A DNA stretch of 64,000 bases from an uncultured Romboutsia sp. (GCA_904418825.1 CAJFPU010000001.1:986-64985), one strand, 5' to 3'; shown: positions 51,854 through 62,844, counted from the stretch's first letter. The notes: generated from the letters alone by a model not told the origin. Translations and numbers: made by a program.

Positions 51854-51861
51854 AGAAATTA

Positions 51862-52038
51862 TTATTCAGATACAACTTCTTTACCTTTATAATATCCACA
51901 ATCTGGACATACTCTGTGTGGTAATTTTGGCTCATGACATTGTGGACAACTTACGAATCCAGTTGCTACCATTTTAGAGTTAGCTGCTCTTCTCATTTTA
52001 GTTTTTGATTTAGATGTTTTACGCTTTGGTACTGCCAT
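51862..52038 (-). CDS. rpmF: 50S ribosomal protein L32 (Zn-ribbon form)
   Basis: Not in ORF track (58 aa): [18 protein letters not shown]...CPQC...[18 protein letters not shown]; GGAGGTG RBS. Confidence 0.97.
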   Translation of the reverse strand: MAVPKRKTSKSKTKMRRAANSKMVATGFVSCPQCHEPKLPHRVCPDCGYYKGKEVVSE

Positions 52039-52051
52039 TTACGCCACCTCC

Positions 52052-52588
52052 TTAGTCATTTTTAAATATATCTTTTAATTTAGCAAAACGGGGATCTATA
52101 ATCTCCTCGTCGTTCGCACTTTCATTACAAGAACAAGCTTCTATATTTAAGTTTGCTCCGCATCCTTGACAAAGACCCTTACAATCTTCTTTACAAAGAA
52201 CACTTGCAGGTATTTTGAAATCTAATGTCTGCTCTATTATATCAACAAAATCTATATCTTGTCCATCAAATATTATTGCATCATCATCTTCAAATTCGTC
52301 TTCATCAAAGCCTTCTTTAACTAAAAAACCTTGTATAGAATATACTATTGGTACTTCTACCTCATCTAAACATCTTGAACAATTGTCAATAAGTGTAAAG
52401 TCAACATCTACATCTAAATATAACCCTTTATTAGTGTTAGATACTTTACCTTTTATATTTATTGGTGAGGATAATTTATAATTATTATTACAATAATTAA
52501 TAGTATCAATTTTTTGAGAAAAATTCAAGTCTATTTTATCAGTTTCTCTTCTAATTAGTTTATCTAGACTTATTATCATCAGATTCAC
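52052..52588 (-). CDS. DUF177 (YceD/YlbN) protein
   Basis: CSRCL, LCKEDCKGLC..CGANLN, DPRFAKL; precedes rpmF. Confidence 0.92.
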   Translation of the reverse strand: MNLMIISLDKLIRRETDKIDLNFSQKIDTINYCNNNYKLSSPINIKGKVSNTNKGLYLDVDVDFTLIDNCSRCLDEVEVPIVYSIQGFLVKEGFDEDEFEDDDAIIFDGQDIDFVDIIEQTLDFKIPASVLCKEDCKGLCQGCGANLNIEACSCNESANDEEIIDPRFAKLKDIFKND

Positions 52589-52607
52589 CTCAATACATTA
52601 CCAATTT

Positions 52608-52636
52608 ATTATACAAATTTAGCCTTTGTTTGTCAA
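52608..52636 (-). promoter_or_regulatory. SigA promoter of DUF177-rpmF
   Basis: TTGACA-N17-TATAAT, perfect consensus with extended -10 context. Confidence 0.8.
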
Positions 52637-52687
52637 GTATTTTTACTTGATAGATATTTTTGCCATTAATACTCTATATCTACAAAA

Positions 52688-52715
52688 TATAAGGTAGGTT
52701 TTACCCTACCTTATA
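52688..52715 (-). terminator. ackA terminator
   Basis: tataaggtagg / cctaccttata inverted repeat. Confidence 0.7.
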
Positions 52716-52736
52716 AAATATTATATGCATTTATAA

Positions 52737-53933
52737 TTATTTTACTAATTCTAATGTATCTCTAGCTATCATTAATTCTTCGTTAGTAGGTATTAATAAT
52801 ATCTTAACTTTTGAATCTTCAGTAGATATTACTCTTTCTTTACCTCTTACCTTGTTAGCTTCTTCATCTAACTTCATTCCTAAGAAGTCCATGTTAGCCA
52901 TTATATCAGCTCTCATATCTATACCATTTTCACCAACACCAGCAGTGAATACAACAGCATCAACACCGTTCATTTCTGCAGCATAAGATCCTATATATTT
53001 CTTAACTTTTTTAGCATAAGATTCTAAAGCTATTTGAGCTAATTCATTATTTTGAGCAGCTGCATCTTCTATATCTCTGAAGTCTGAAGATATACCAGTC
53101 ATTCCGTATACTCCTGACTTTTTATTCATTAAATTGCTTAATCCTTTAGCATCTAATCCTTCTTTTTCCATTAAGAATGGTAATATAGCTGCATCTATAT
53201 CTCCACATCTAGTTCCCATTATTAATCCTTCAAGAGGAGTGAATCCCATACTTGTATCAACCGACTTACCACCATCTATTGCAGCTACAGAAGCTCCATT
53301 TCCTAAGTGACAAGTTATTATTTTACAGTCTTCTATGTTTTTACCTAACATCTCAGCTGCTCTTTGAGATACATATCTATGAGAAGTTCCATGGAATCCG
53401 TATCTTCTTACACCATATTTAGTGTATAACTCATGAGGTAATCCATATAAATAAGATGATTTAGGCATTGTTTGATGGAAAGCAGTATCGAATACTCCTA
53501 CCATTGGTACTCCTGGAAGTATAGCTTCACAAGCTTCTATTCCCATTATGTTAGCTGGGTTGTGAAGTGGTGCTAATTCTATACATTCTTCTAAAGCAGC
53601 TTTAACTTCATCAGTTATTAATACTGATCCAGCAAACTTTTCTCCACCGTGAACAACTCTATGTCCTACAGCTTCAACTTCTTTTATATCTTTAACTCCA
53701 CCGTATTGCGGGTCAACTACAGCATCTAATACTAACTTTATAGCATCTTGATGATTTTTCATTGGTTGTTCTACTATAAGTTTTCCTTCAACACCATCTT
53801 TTTCTTGCTTTAGTATAGAACCTTCTATACCTATTCTTTCAACTAATCCTACACATAAAACTTCTTCATTCGACATATCTATTAATTGATATTTTAATGA
53901 AGAACTACCACAGTTTAATACTAATATTTTCAT
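52737..53933 (-). CDS. ackA: Acetate kinase
   Basis: [41 protein letters not shown]. Confidence 0.98.
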   Translation of the reverse strand: MKILVLNCGSSSLKYQLIDMSNEEVLCVGLVERIGIEGSILKQEKDGVEGKLIVEQPMKNHQDAIKLVLDAVVDPQYGGVKDIKEVEAVGHRVVHGGEKFAGSVLITDEVKAALEECIELAPLHNPANIMGIEACEAILPGVPMVGVFDTAFHQTMPKSSYLYGLPHELYTKYGVRRYGFHGTSHRYVSQRAAEMLGKNIEDCKIITCHLGNGASVAAIDGGKSVDTSMGFTPLEGLIMGTRCGDIDAAILPFLMEKEGLDAKGLSNLMNKKSGVYGMTGISSDFRDIEDAAAQNNELAQIALESYAKKVKKYIGSYAAEMNGVDAVVFTAGVGENGIDMRADIMANMDFLGMKLDEEANKVRGKERVISTEDSKVKILLIPTNEELMIARDTLELVK

Positions 53934-54212
53934 TAGTATACCTCCTTAAAATTTCAAAGATAATATGTAATAAGCCTTAGGCTTAAAATATACTCAATAT
54001 ATTTTGTATACATTAAACATTTTGACAATAATTAATATACCACTTTTTTTCAGAAAAGTATATATAATTTAATATATTTATATTACCCTACATTATTTTT
54101 CTCCATTTGTTATAATATTATAATATAATTAACAAATTTATTTCTAATATAAAATTCTGTTTTTGATAATTTGTTAATAAGCTTTATTAAAATATAAAAA
54201 GGAGAATTTTTC

Positions 54213-55481
54213 ATGAAAATACTTGGACTGATAGTTGAATATAATCCTTTTCACAATGGTCACTTATATCATTTGCAAAAATCTATAGAAAAAACTAACG
54301 CTACTCATACTATTGCCATTATGAGTGGTAATTTCTTACAAAGAGGAGAACCTGCTCTATTTGATAAATATACAAGAGCTCATGCTGCTGTTAAAAATGG
54401 TGTTGATTTAGTTATTGAACTACCTACAATGTTTGCTTGTCAGAGTGCAGAAATATTTTCTCATGGAGCAATAACTACTCTAAATTCATTAAATTGTGTT
54501 GATTCAATTTGCTTTGGAAGTGAAGAAGGAGATATTAATATACTTTATACAATCTCTAAAATATTAGTAAATGAGCCTGAAGATTTTAAAATTTCTCTAA
54601 AAGAGTATTTAGATGCTGGCATGCTATTTCCAACAGCTAGAAGTTTAGCATTATTTGATTATATTAATAAATTTAAACTTTTAGATATTTCAAAAGAAAA
54701 ACTTTTAGATATATTAAATTCGTCAAATAATATACTAGGTTTAGAATACATAAAAAGCATATTGAAACTAGATAGCAAAATAAAACCATATACTATAACT
54801 AGAATTCAATCAGATTATAATAGTGAAACTATAGAAAGTAATATTTGTTCTGCAACTGCAATTAGAAAACAGTTAAAAGATTTAAATAATATTTCTTCTA
54901 TATCTAATGTTGTACCTACTAATACATTCAATGTATTAAAAGATAGAATTGATGAAAATTTTTCTCCTATGTTTGATGATAATTATTTTGAAATTCTATC
55001 ATCAATAGTAGTTAGAGATAAAAATATCTTAAATACATACTTTGATGTAAATGAAGGTATCGAAAATAAAATATATCAAAGCATTTTTACATCTTCTACT
55101 CTAGATGATTTAAAAGAATCTATAAAATCTAAAAGATATACTATGACAAAAATTAAAAGAACCTTAAATAATATATTACTTGGAATTACTAAAAGTGATA
55201 TGAACAAAATCAAAAATATCAATAGTGTACCTTATATAAGAATATTAGCTTTTAATGATAAAGGTCGTGAAATAATAAAAAATATAAAATTTAATTCCGA
55301 TATAAATATTATAAATAAATTTTCTAATATCTCATTTTCTAAAGATGATGAACTATTCAAAATATTAATAGATTATGATATAAAAGCAAGTAATATATAT
55401 AATCTTATCTATTATAAAAATAATAAAAATCTATTAAAAGGTCCTATGGATTTTTACATATCACCTAAATATGTAAAATAA
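54213..55481 (+). CDS. tmcAL: tRNA(Met) cytidine acetate ligase (YlbM)
   Basis: [39 protein letters not shown]. Confidence 0.92.
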   Translation: MKILGLIVEYNPFHNGHLYHLQKSIEKTNATHTIAIMSGNFLQRGEPALFDKYTRAHAAVKNGVDLVIELPTMFACQSAEIFSHGAITTLNSLNCVDSICFGSEEGDINILYTISKILVNEPEDFKISLKEYLDAGMLFPTARSLALFDYINKFKLLDISKEKLLDILNSSNNILGLEYIKSILKLDSKIKPYTITRIQSDYNSETIESNICSATAIRKQLKDLNNISSISNVVPTNTFNVLKDRIDENFSPMFDDNYFEILSSIVVRDKNILNTYFDVNEGIENKIYQSIFTSSTLDDLKESIKSKRYTMTKIKRTLNNILLGITKSDMNKIKNINSVPYIRILAFNDKGREIIKNIKFNSDINIINKFSNISFSKDDELFKILIDYDIKASNIYNLIYYKNNKNLLKGPMDFYISPKYVK

Positions 55482-55496
55482 GTATACAACCTTTTA

Positions 55497-55550
55497 TCAT
55501 ATATTCCTACTCCATCTAATATAATTATCCTATATTAGATGGATGGTAGG
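55497..55550 (+). promoter_or_regulatory. SigE-type promoter overlapping a hairpin covering the ylbJ initiation region
   Basis: TCATATA-N14-AATATAAT; arms 55511-55523 / 55531-55543, extended by cctac/gtagg (55506-55510 / 55546-55550). Confidence 0.6.
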
Positions 55551-56764
55551 TGATCAAAATTAATAAAAAACAAGTTATTAACTTTTTCTTTCCTATTTTA
55601 ATTATTTGTACCTTAATATTAGGTATAGTAAGTTTTCCAAACGAATCTATTTTAGCTGCTAAAAAAGGGATATCTATATGGGTCAATGTATTGATACCTT
55701 CACTATTACCGTTTATAATAGGTGCAAATTTAGTTGTAGATTTAAAAGTTGTAGATATAATAGGATATATTATTAATCCTATTACTAAATTCATCTTTAA
55801 TGTATCAGGTAAAAGTGCTTTAGTATTTGTTATATCCACTATATCGGGTTATCCTGTAGGAGCAAAGCTAGCATCAGAACTTAGAAATAATAATCAAATT
55901 TCTCAATTTGAATGTCAGCGATTAGTTTCTTTTTGTTCTACATCTGGACCCTTATTTATAGTTGGATCTGTGGCAACAGGAATGTTTAAAAATCCTTCAT
56001 TAGGATATTTAATGCTTATTTGTCACTATCTTGGATCTATATCTGTAGGTCTATTATTTCGAAATTACGGTAAAGAATCCTTAAGTAATGACACATATTC
56101 ATTAAAAACAAATGTATTGAATACTATAAATAATAGATATAAGGATGAAAGAGGATTTTTTGTTTTATTCGGAAATGCTGTATTTAATGGTGTTAATACT
56201 CTACTTTCTATTGGAGGATTTGTAATTGTATTTTCTGTAGTTTTTGAAATATTTTCTATTTTTAATGTAATTTCTTTAATTTCATCAATCCTTTATGTTC
56301 CTCTTTCATTGTTTGGCGTTACAAAAGAACTTTGTCATTCATTTATAAGTGGATTATTTGAAATCACTATAGGATGCGATAGAGTATCTTCAGTATTATC
56401 AACACCTGAAATTTTAAGAGCTTCTCTTTCTAGCTTTTTAATTGGATTTAGCGGATTATCTATACTTGCTCAGTGTTGTAGCTTTTTAGCTAAAACTGAT
56501 ATAAATGCGAAACTATATATATTTAGTAAATTTTTACATGGTTGTTTAGCTAGTATGTTTACTTTTTTATTTTATCCAGTGTTAAAATCAGATTTATTTG
56601 TATCTAACTTCGATACAATATATAATTTAGTTTATGATAATTCAGTATATAATTTTTATTTAAGAAATTACAATATAATTCTACCTATATTTATGATACT
56701 TTACATATTTATAATATTATTAATATTAGAAAAGACTAGTTATAATATAAAAAAAGAAAGCTAA
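55550..56764 (+). CDS. ylbJ: Sporulation integral membrane protein YlbJ
   Basis: PSLLPF, SGYPVGAK, SGPLFIVGSV, GLFEITIG, FSGLSILAQ. Confidence 0.92.
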   Translation: MIKINKKQVINFFFPILIICTLILGIVSFPNESILAAKKGISIWVNVLIPSLLPFIIGANLVVDLKVVDIIGYIINPITKFIFNVSGKSALVFVISTISGYPVGAKLASELRNNNQISQFECQRLVSFCSTSGPLFIVGSVATGMFKNPSLGYLMLICHYLGSISVGLLFRNYGKESLSNDTYSLKTNVLNTINNRYKDERGFFVLFGNAVFNGVNTLLSIGGFVIVFSVVFEIFSIFNVISLISSILYVPLSLFGVTKELCHSFISGLFEITIGCDRVSSVLSTPEILRASLSSFLIGFSGLSILAQCCSFLAKTDINAKLYIFSKFLHGCLASMFTFLFYPVLKSDLFVSNFDTIYNLVYDNSVYNFYLRNYNIILPIFMILYIFIILLILEKTSYNIKKES

Positions 56765-56778
56765 TTTTAGCTTTCTTT
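56752..56778. terminator. Bidirectional terminator between convergent genes
   Basis: aaagaaagcta / tagctttcttt inverted repeat between the two stops. Confidence 0.7.
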
Positions 56779-57302
56779 TACTTTCCTGGATTTAATTCAA
56801 TCCTATTTCTTTCAACTTCTTGTAATATACTTTTTAAATTATGCTCCACAGTACTTAATACATCTTCTGCATATTCTATTGATCCAAATCTTATTTCTTT
56901 TGCAACAGCTTCAGCTCTTGAAATTATTTCATTTGCTTTTTCTTCAGCTTTAACAACCGGTTCACTAGCTTCTAAATATGCATCTAGTATTTCTTGAGAA
57001 TTTTTCTTTAATTCTTCTATATTATTTTCATATTCTTCCTTTATTCTTTCAGCTTCTTTCTTAGCTTGTTCAACTATCTCAATAGCTTCTTGCTTAGAAT
57101 CATTTATGATTTTATGTCTTTCTTTATTTACCCAGGATGCTTGTTTTAATTCTTCTGGTAATGATGCTTTTATATTATTTATTAATTCTAATACTTCTTC
57201 TTTATCGATACCACTCTTATGAGAAAATGGTATTGAAGAAGCATTGCTTATTATACATTCTAGTTCTTCAAATTTATCCATAACTTCTAAATCTATATAC
57301 AT
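56778..57302 (-). CDS. Conserved coiled-coil protein downstream of coaD
   Basis: SIPFS..IDKEE..LPEELKQA.W, YAEDVL; overlaps coaD 3' end. Confidence 0.75.
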   Translation of the reverse strand: MYIDLEVMDKFEELECIISNASSIPFSHKSGIDKEEVLELINNIKASLPEELKQASWVNKERHKIINDSKQEAIEIVEQAKKEAERIKEEYENNIEELKKNSQEILDAYLEASEPVVKAEEKANEIISRAEAVAKEIRFGSIEYAEDVLSTVEHNLKSILQEVERNRIELNPGK

Positions 57303-57802
57303 TTTTTATTCCCCCTATTAGTTTTTCTTTCTAATTTATCTAAAACAGTTTCTGGAACTAAATTTTTAACATCTCCGCCAACTGTTAATACTTCTTTTAT
57401 TAATGATGAACTTACAAATGAATATTCTGTTTTTGTAGGTAATATAATAGTTTCTATATTTGGATTTAACTCTCTATTCATATGAGCCATCTGTAATTCG
57501 TATTCTATATCTGCTCCTGTTCTCACACCTCTTACTAAAGTAGTTATTTCATTATCTTGGCAATAATTTACTAAAAGTCCATCAAAACTAACTATTTTTA
57601 TATTTTTTAAATGTTCTGTGCAAGATTTAATTAACTCTACTCTTTCATCAAAATCGAATAAGCCTTTTTTATTTGGGTTATAAAGTACACCTATTTGTAA
57701 CTCATCAAATAATTTCGAAGCTCTACAAATTATATCTAAATGACCATTTGTAATAGGATCAAAACTTCCTGCAAATATAGCTTTTCTTTTTTTACTTTTC
57801 AT
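57293..57802 (-). CDS. coaD: Phosphopantetheine adenylyltransferase
   Basis: GSFDPITNGHLD, RGVR, VSSSLIKE. Confidence 0.96.
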   Translation of the reverse strand: MKSKKRKAIFAGSFDPITNGHLDIICRASKLFDELQIGVLYNPNKKGLFDFDERVELIKSCTEHLKNIKIVSFDGLLVNYCQDNEITTLVRGVRTGADIEYELQMAHMNRELNPNIETIILPTKTEYSFVSSSLIKEVLTVGGDVKNLVPETVLDKLERKTNRGNKKCI

Positions 57803-57803
57803 T

Positions 57804-58361
57804 TTACTCCTCCATTTTATAAAATGTTAAAGTTGTATTTCCATATTTTTTATCTCTAGTTTTTTCTAATCTTCCTATTTTATCTTCAAATTTATCTTTT
57901 GTGTCATGTTCAACAACTATTATTCCATCATCTTCTAATAAATCTGCATTGTCTATATTTGAAAGAGCCTCTATAAACATATTCTTATAGTACGGAGGAT
58001 CCATAAAGATTATATCAAACTTTTTATTTTGAATCTTTAATCTATCTATTGCATTTTTAAAATCTAAATTTAAAATAGTACTTTCACTTTCTACACGGGC
58101 CTTCTTTATGTTAGATTTTACTATATTTATACTATCTTTACTAACATCTACAAATACGGCAGATGATGCACCTCTAGATAAACATTCTATACCTAATGAT
58201 CCTGTGCCTGCAAATAAATCTAATACATTACTATCTATTATATATGGATTTATTATATTAAATAAAGATTCTTTAACTCTATCTGTAGTAGGCCTTACAT
58301 CTTCATTTTTTGGAGTATCTAATTTTAATCCTCTTACTTTTCCTGATATTACTCTCAACAA
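57804..58361 (-). CDS. rsmD: 16S rRNA m2G966 methyltransferase
   Basis: RVISG, RPTTDRVKESLFN, LDLFAGTG, DPPY. Confidence 0.95.
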   Translation of the reverse strand: MLRVISGKVRGLKLDTPKNEDVRPTTDRVKESLFNIINPYIIDSNVLDLFAGTGSLGIECLSRGASSAVFVDVSKDSINIVKSNIKKARVESESTILNLDFKNAIDRLKIQNKKFDIIFMDPPYYKNMFIEALSNIDNADLLEDDGIIVVEHDTKDKFEDKIGRLEKTRDKKYGNTTLTFYKMEE

Positions 58362-58396
58362 ACTTCACCTCTTTGTATATTTTAACATAATTTTAA

Positions 58397-60466
58397 TTAA
58401 TTTAATGAAATTTCTTTAATAGAATGTTCAAATTTTGTCATAATTTCTTTTTTCAGCTTCTTATTTTCATTATTTTGTAATTTATGATCTAAACCTATAA
58501 TATATCTAGCCTCCTGTTGAGCTAATTTTAATATCTTCATATGTTTAAATATATTAGCAACTTTAAGTTCTGGAAGTCCATGTTGTCTAGTTCCAAAAAA
58601 TTCTCCTGGACCTCTTATTTCTAAATCTTTTTCTGATATCTTAAATCCATCATTAGTTTCTTCCATTATAGACATTCTTTGTCTGCAAACCTCACTCTTT
58701 GATGCATATATTAAAATACAATAAGACTGATGACTTCCTCTACCTACACGACCTCTTAATTGATGAAGTTGGGCAAGTCCAAATCTTTCAGCATTTTCTA
58801 TTATCATTAGTGTTGCATTTGGAACATTTACTCCTACTTCTATAACTGTAGTTGATACTAATATATCTATTTCTTTATTTTTAAACTTCTTCATTATCTC
58901 ATCTTTTTCACTAGATTTCATTTTTCCATGTAAAAGGCCTACTTTTAAGTCATTAAAATATTCTAATTTTAATTCTTCTACGAGTTCAGTAGCTGCTTTT
59001 GCTTCTATAGCTTCACTTTCTTCAACTAATGGACATACTATATATACTTGTCTACCTTTTTCAACTTCTTTTCTTACTAGGGAATTGTAAGCTTTATCTC
59101 GTTTTCCTTTATCTATAGCCAATGTTTCTATAGGTTGTCTTCCTGGAGGAAGCTCATCTATTATAGATATATCCAAATCTCCATAAAGTATAAGTGCTAA
59201 AGTTCTTGGTATTGGAGTTGCAGTCATTACTAGTATATCTGGGTTTATACCTTTTTCTGAAAGTTTACTTCTTTGCCTTACACCAAATCTATGTTGTTCA
59301 TCAGTTATAACTATCCCTAAATTATTAAATTCAACTTTATCTTCTATTAATGCATGAGTTCCTATTAATATATCAATCTCCTTATTTTTTACTCTTTCTA
59401 AGACTTTCTCTTTTTGTTTTTTAGTAAGACTTCCTACTAATAATTCAATTTCCATTCCAAAAGGCTTTAATGTTTCAGATAAAGATATATAATGTTGTTC
59501 TGCTAATATCTCTGTTGGAGCCATTAGTGCACCTTGATATCCATTTAAAACACAGTTTGCTAATGCTAAAAGAGCTACTACAGTCTTTCCAGAACCAACA
59601 TCTCCTTGTACTAATCTATTCATTACCTTACTAGATTCCATATCTTCTATTATTTCATTTAATGCTCTATTTTGAGCATTAGTAAGTTTAAACGGTAGTG
59701 CATTTAATATCTTGTCTAGATTTTTATCTCTATTAAACTTTATACCATCAACCTCAGTTGTCCCATTTTTAAACATAAATAAACCCAACTGAAGAATTAG
59801 AAATTCTTCAAATACAATCCTATACAAAGCTATTTTTAATGCTTCTTTACTAGTAGGATTATGAATATTTCTTATAGCATAATCTATGTTACATAACTTA
59901 TACTTTTCTATTATCCTTTGAGGTAAATATTCTTTTATTCTTATTTCTTCATTATTTAAAATAGACTTTATAATACTTATTATTTCTTTGTTGGTTACTC
60001 CATAAGTCAATGGATATATAGGCATAACTTTACATGTATTTTTAGGATCATTTGTAAGGTGTTCTATCTCACAAGAACTTAACTCTATAGTTTTAAATTC
60101 TTTTTTAATTTTACCAAATACTAATATAGTGTCTCCGCATTTATATAAATTCTTTATATGTGGTTGATTAAAGAATACTAACTTTGCATATCCTGTTTCA
60201 TCTTTTATATCTATTTTAGTAAGTGTCATTCCCTTTTTAGGGCTTGTTGTATTTATCGATACTATTATCGCTTTTATAGTTGCCTTTTCATCATTTTGCA
60301 ACTGAGATATCTTTTTTAAGTTATTCCTATCTTCAAATTGTCTTGGAAAATAAAATAATAAATCTTTTAATGTAAATATGCCTAACTTATTAAGCTTATA
60401 TGCTTTTTTAGGACCTATACCTTTTACATATTGTATGTCTCTTTCTAAATCAATCATTTTTATCAC
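58397..60466 (-). CDS. recG: ATP-dependent DNA helicase RecG
   Basis: QGDVGSGKT, DEQHRFG, MTATPIPRT, QLHQLRGRVGRG. Confidence 0.98.
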   Translation of the reverse strand: MIKMIDLERDIQYVKGIGPKKAYKLNKLGIFTLKDLLFYFPRQFEDRNNLKKISQLQNDEKATIKAIIVSINTTSPKKGMTLTKIDIKDETGYAKLVFFNQPHIKNLYKCGDTILVFGKIKKEFKTIELSSCEIEHLTNDPKNTCKVMPIYPLTYGVTNKEIISIIKSILNNEEIRIKEYLPQRIIEKYKLCNIDYAIRNIHNPTSKEALKIALYRIVFEEFLILQLGLFMFKNGTTEVDGIKFNRDKNLDKILNALPFKLTNAQNRALNEIIEDMESSKVMNRLVQGDVGSGKTVVALLALANCVLNGYQGALMAPTEILAEQHYISLSETLKPFGMEIELLVGSLTKKQKEKVLERVKNKEIDILIGTHALIEDKVEFNNLGIVITDEQHRFGVRQRSKLSEKGINPDILVMTATPIPRTLALILYGDLDISIIDELPPGRQPIETLAIDKGKRDKAYNSLVRKEVEKGRQVYIVCPLVEESEAIEAKAATELVEELKLEYFNDLKVGLLHGKMKSSEKDEIMKKFKNKEIDILVSTTVIEVGVNVPNATLMIIENAERFGLAQLHQLRGRVGRGSHQSYCILIYASKSEVCRQRMSIMEETNDGFKISEKDLEIRGPGEFFGTRQHGLPELKVANIFKHMKILKLAQQEARYIIGLDHKLQNNENKKLKKEIMTKFEHSIKEISLN

Positions 60467-60568
60467 CTATAAATAAAGTCCTGTACAAATAATATTATTA
60501 TACAGGACTTTAAAAATTAATTTATTAATATATTCTACAAACTACAAATATGTTCGTTACTTAGATAA

Positions 60569-62191
60569 TTATTCAACTGATATTAAGTAATAGTAAAGAG
60601 GTTGACCTCCATAATATAATTCTATATCTAAATCTTCGAATTTTTCTTCTAATTCATCACGAAGATTATTTGCATCATCCTCAGTTACATCTTCACCATA
60701 GAATAATGTTACTATAGCACTATCTTCATCTACTAATTTCTCTACTAGAGATGTAGTTATTTCATCTACACTTTCTCCAGCATCCATTAATTTACCTTCT
60801 GCTATACCTATTATATTACCTTCTTTAACTTCAACATCATTCATAACAGTATCTCTAACAGCAAATGTTACTTGACCTGATTTAACCATAGTTAAAGATT
60901 CCATAAGAGCTTGTTCATTTTCTTCTACACTAGCATCTGCATTAAAGTTAACTAAAGCAGTAAATCCTTGTGGAGTATTTTTAGTAGGTATTACAATTAT
61001 ATTTTTTTCACTTAATTCTTTAGCTTGATTCGCTGCCATTATTATATTACTGTTATTTGGGAATATGAATATATTTTTAGCATTTATGCTATCTATAGCT
61101 TTCATAAAGTCTTCTGTACTTGGATTCATTGTTTGACCACCTTCAATTATGTAGTCAACTCCAAAATCTTTAAATATTTTCGCAAGACCTTCTCCCATAG
61201 ATGTTGCTATAAATCCATATTCTTTCTCTTCTGGTTGAGCTATTTCATTAATATTATCTACTAATGTATTTTCATGTTGAAGTTTCATATTTTCTATTTT
61301 TATTGTTACTAATTGTCCGTATTTTAATGCATCTTGAAGTACAAGACCTGGATCATTTGTATGAACATGTACTTTTATTATACCTTCATCACCAACAACT
61401 GCTAAACTATCTCCGTACTTTAACATTATATCTCTTATTTCAGTATCACTTATAGAGTTACTTTCTAGTATGAACTCAGTACAGTAACAGAATTTTATAT
61501 CTTCTGTATTTATAGAAGTTCCAGCTTGTTTAATTTCAGAAACATTAGAATCATTTAAATCTTTTGCCTTTATTGGATTTCCTTTTAATGCCTCATACAT
61601 TCCTTCATATATAAGAACTAATCCTTTACCTCCAGAATCTACAACTCCAGCTTCTTTTAAACTCTTAAGTAATTCTGGAGTTCTTTCTAAAGAATTATTA
61701 GCTTCAGCTATAACCATTTCTAAAAACTTTAATAAGTCTTTTTCTTTCTTAGATGCCTTTATAGCATACTCTCCACTTTCTCTTACTACTGTTAATATAG
61801 TTCCTTCTATCGGCTTTATAACAGCCTTATAAGCTGTGTCAGATCCATTTTTAAAAGCTTTAGCTAAATCTTCAGTACTTATTTGTTCTTTACCTTCTAT
61901 TGACTTTGAAAATCCTCTTATTATTTGAGATAATATAACTCCTGAGTTTCCTCTAGCACCCATTAAAGAACCTTTTGATAAAGACTTTCCTATCTCTGTT
62001 ATATTATCATTTTCAACCTTAGCTAATTCCTTCATAGCATAAGATATAGTAAGCGACATATTAGTACCTGTATCTCCATCTGGAACAGGGAATACATTCA
62101 GCTTATCTACTAAATCTTTATGATTTTGAAGATTGTTTGCACCTGATACAAACATATCTCTTAACATCTTACCTTCTATATATTGAATCAT
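60569..62191 (-). CDS. fakA: Fatty acid kinase catalytic subunit (DAK2 domain, YloV)
   Basis: LNVFPVPDGDTGTNM, GARGNSGVILSQ, GGQTMNPS, GGQPLY. Confidence 0.92.
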   Translation of the reverse strand: MIQYIEGKMLRDMFVSGANNLQNHKDLVDKLNVFPVPDGDTGTNMSLTISYAMKELAKVENDNITEIGKSLSKGSLMGARGNSGVILSQIIRGFSKSIEGKEQISTEDLAKAFKNGSDTAYKAVIKPIEGTILTVVRESGEYAIKASKKEKDLLKFLEMVIAEANNSLERTPELLKSLKEAGVVDSGGKGLVLIYEGMYEALKGNPIKAKDLNDSNVSEIKQAGTSINTEDIKFCYCTEFILESNSISDTEIRDIMLKYGDSLAVVGDEGIIKVHVHTNDPGLVLQDALKYGQLVTIKIENMKLQHENTLVDNINEIAQPEEKEYGFIATSMGEGLAKIFKDFGVDYIIEGGQTMNPSTEDFMKAIDSINAKNIFIFPNNSNIIMAANQAKELSEKNIIVIPTKNTPQGFTALVNFNADASVEENEQALMESLTMVKSGQVTFAVRDTVMNDVEVKEGNIIGIAEGKLMDAGESVDEITTSLVEKLVDEDSAIVTLFYGEDVTEDDANNLRDELEEKFEDLDIELYYGGQPLYYYLISVE

Positions 62192-62205
62192 ATTTTTCCT
62201 CCTAA

Positions 62206-62556
62206 TTACTTAACTCTTATACCTTGTACGTTTATATCTATCTTACTTACATTTATTGATGTAATATTTTCAACTGTATATTTTACTTTATCTATTATAT
62301 TATTAGCAACTGTTGATATGTTTGTTCCATATTGTAATATAACATATAATTCTATAGATATTGTATTGTCTTCTAATTCTTCAACTACAACTCCTTTAAA
62401 AGCATTTTCGCCCTTTAAGATTTCTACTATGCCTTTAGATTTATACCCTAAACCTACTAGTCCATAACTTTCCATTGCAGCTCTATACGCAACTTGCGAT
62501 ATAACTTGCTTATCTATTTCTATACTTCCATATTGATTAACTATTTTTGCACTCAT
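62206..62556 (-). CDS. yloU: Asp23/Gls24 family protein (YloU)
   Basis: YGSIEI, ESYGLVG, YGTNIS, KVKYTVE, INVQGIRV; rpmB/yloU/yloV synteny. Confidence 0.88.
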   Translation of the reverse strand: MSAKIVNQYGSIEIDKQVISQVAYRAAMESYGLVGLGYKSKGIVEILKGENAFKGVVVEELEDNTISIELYVILQYGTNISTVANNIIDKVKYTVENITSINVSKIDINVQGIRVK

Positions 62557-62844
62557 GGTTGACCCCCTTAAGTTTATTTGATTTTTAATCTATTTTTTAT
62601 GCATAACTAATATTATGTATATTTATAGTATTATACAAATTTATATATCCTATAATATTATAAATATGTTATAATTTAAATCTACCCAAGTTTATTATAA
62701 TTTAAATTATAATATATTGGGATATAAAAAAAGAAAAAATTTAGTATTTCTTTTTTTAATATTTACTTTATACAGGATTATATATATAATTTTATATGAT
62801 AACAACAAATTCTTCAATATGTGTAAAGCAAATATATATTTCTA

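Noticed and set aside
54105-54136. TTTGTTA...TAACAAA as a Rex operator near ackA/tmcAL
   Set aside because: The spacer is far longer than the 4 nt of Rex sites, and the region is extremely AT-rich.
105-62467. Short + strand ORFs in the track (e.g. 1473-1712, 13705-14214, 46627-47091, 47397-48116) and 55525-55839 on the minus strand
   Set aside because: They are antisense shadows of well-supported genes, rich in Phe/Ser/Ile/Leu, with no recognisable motif.
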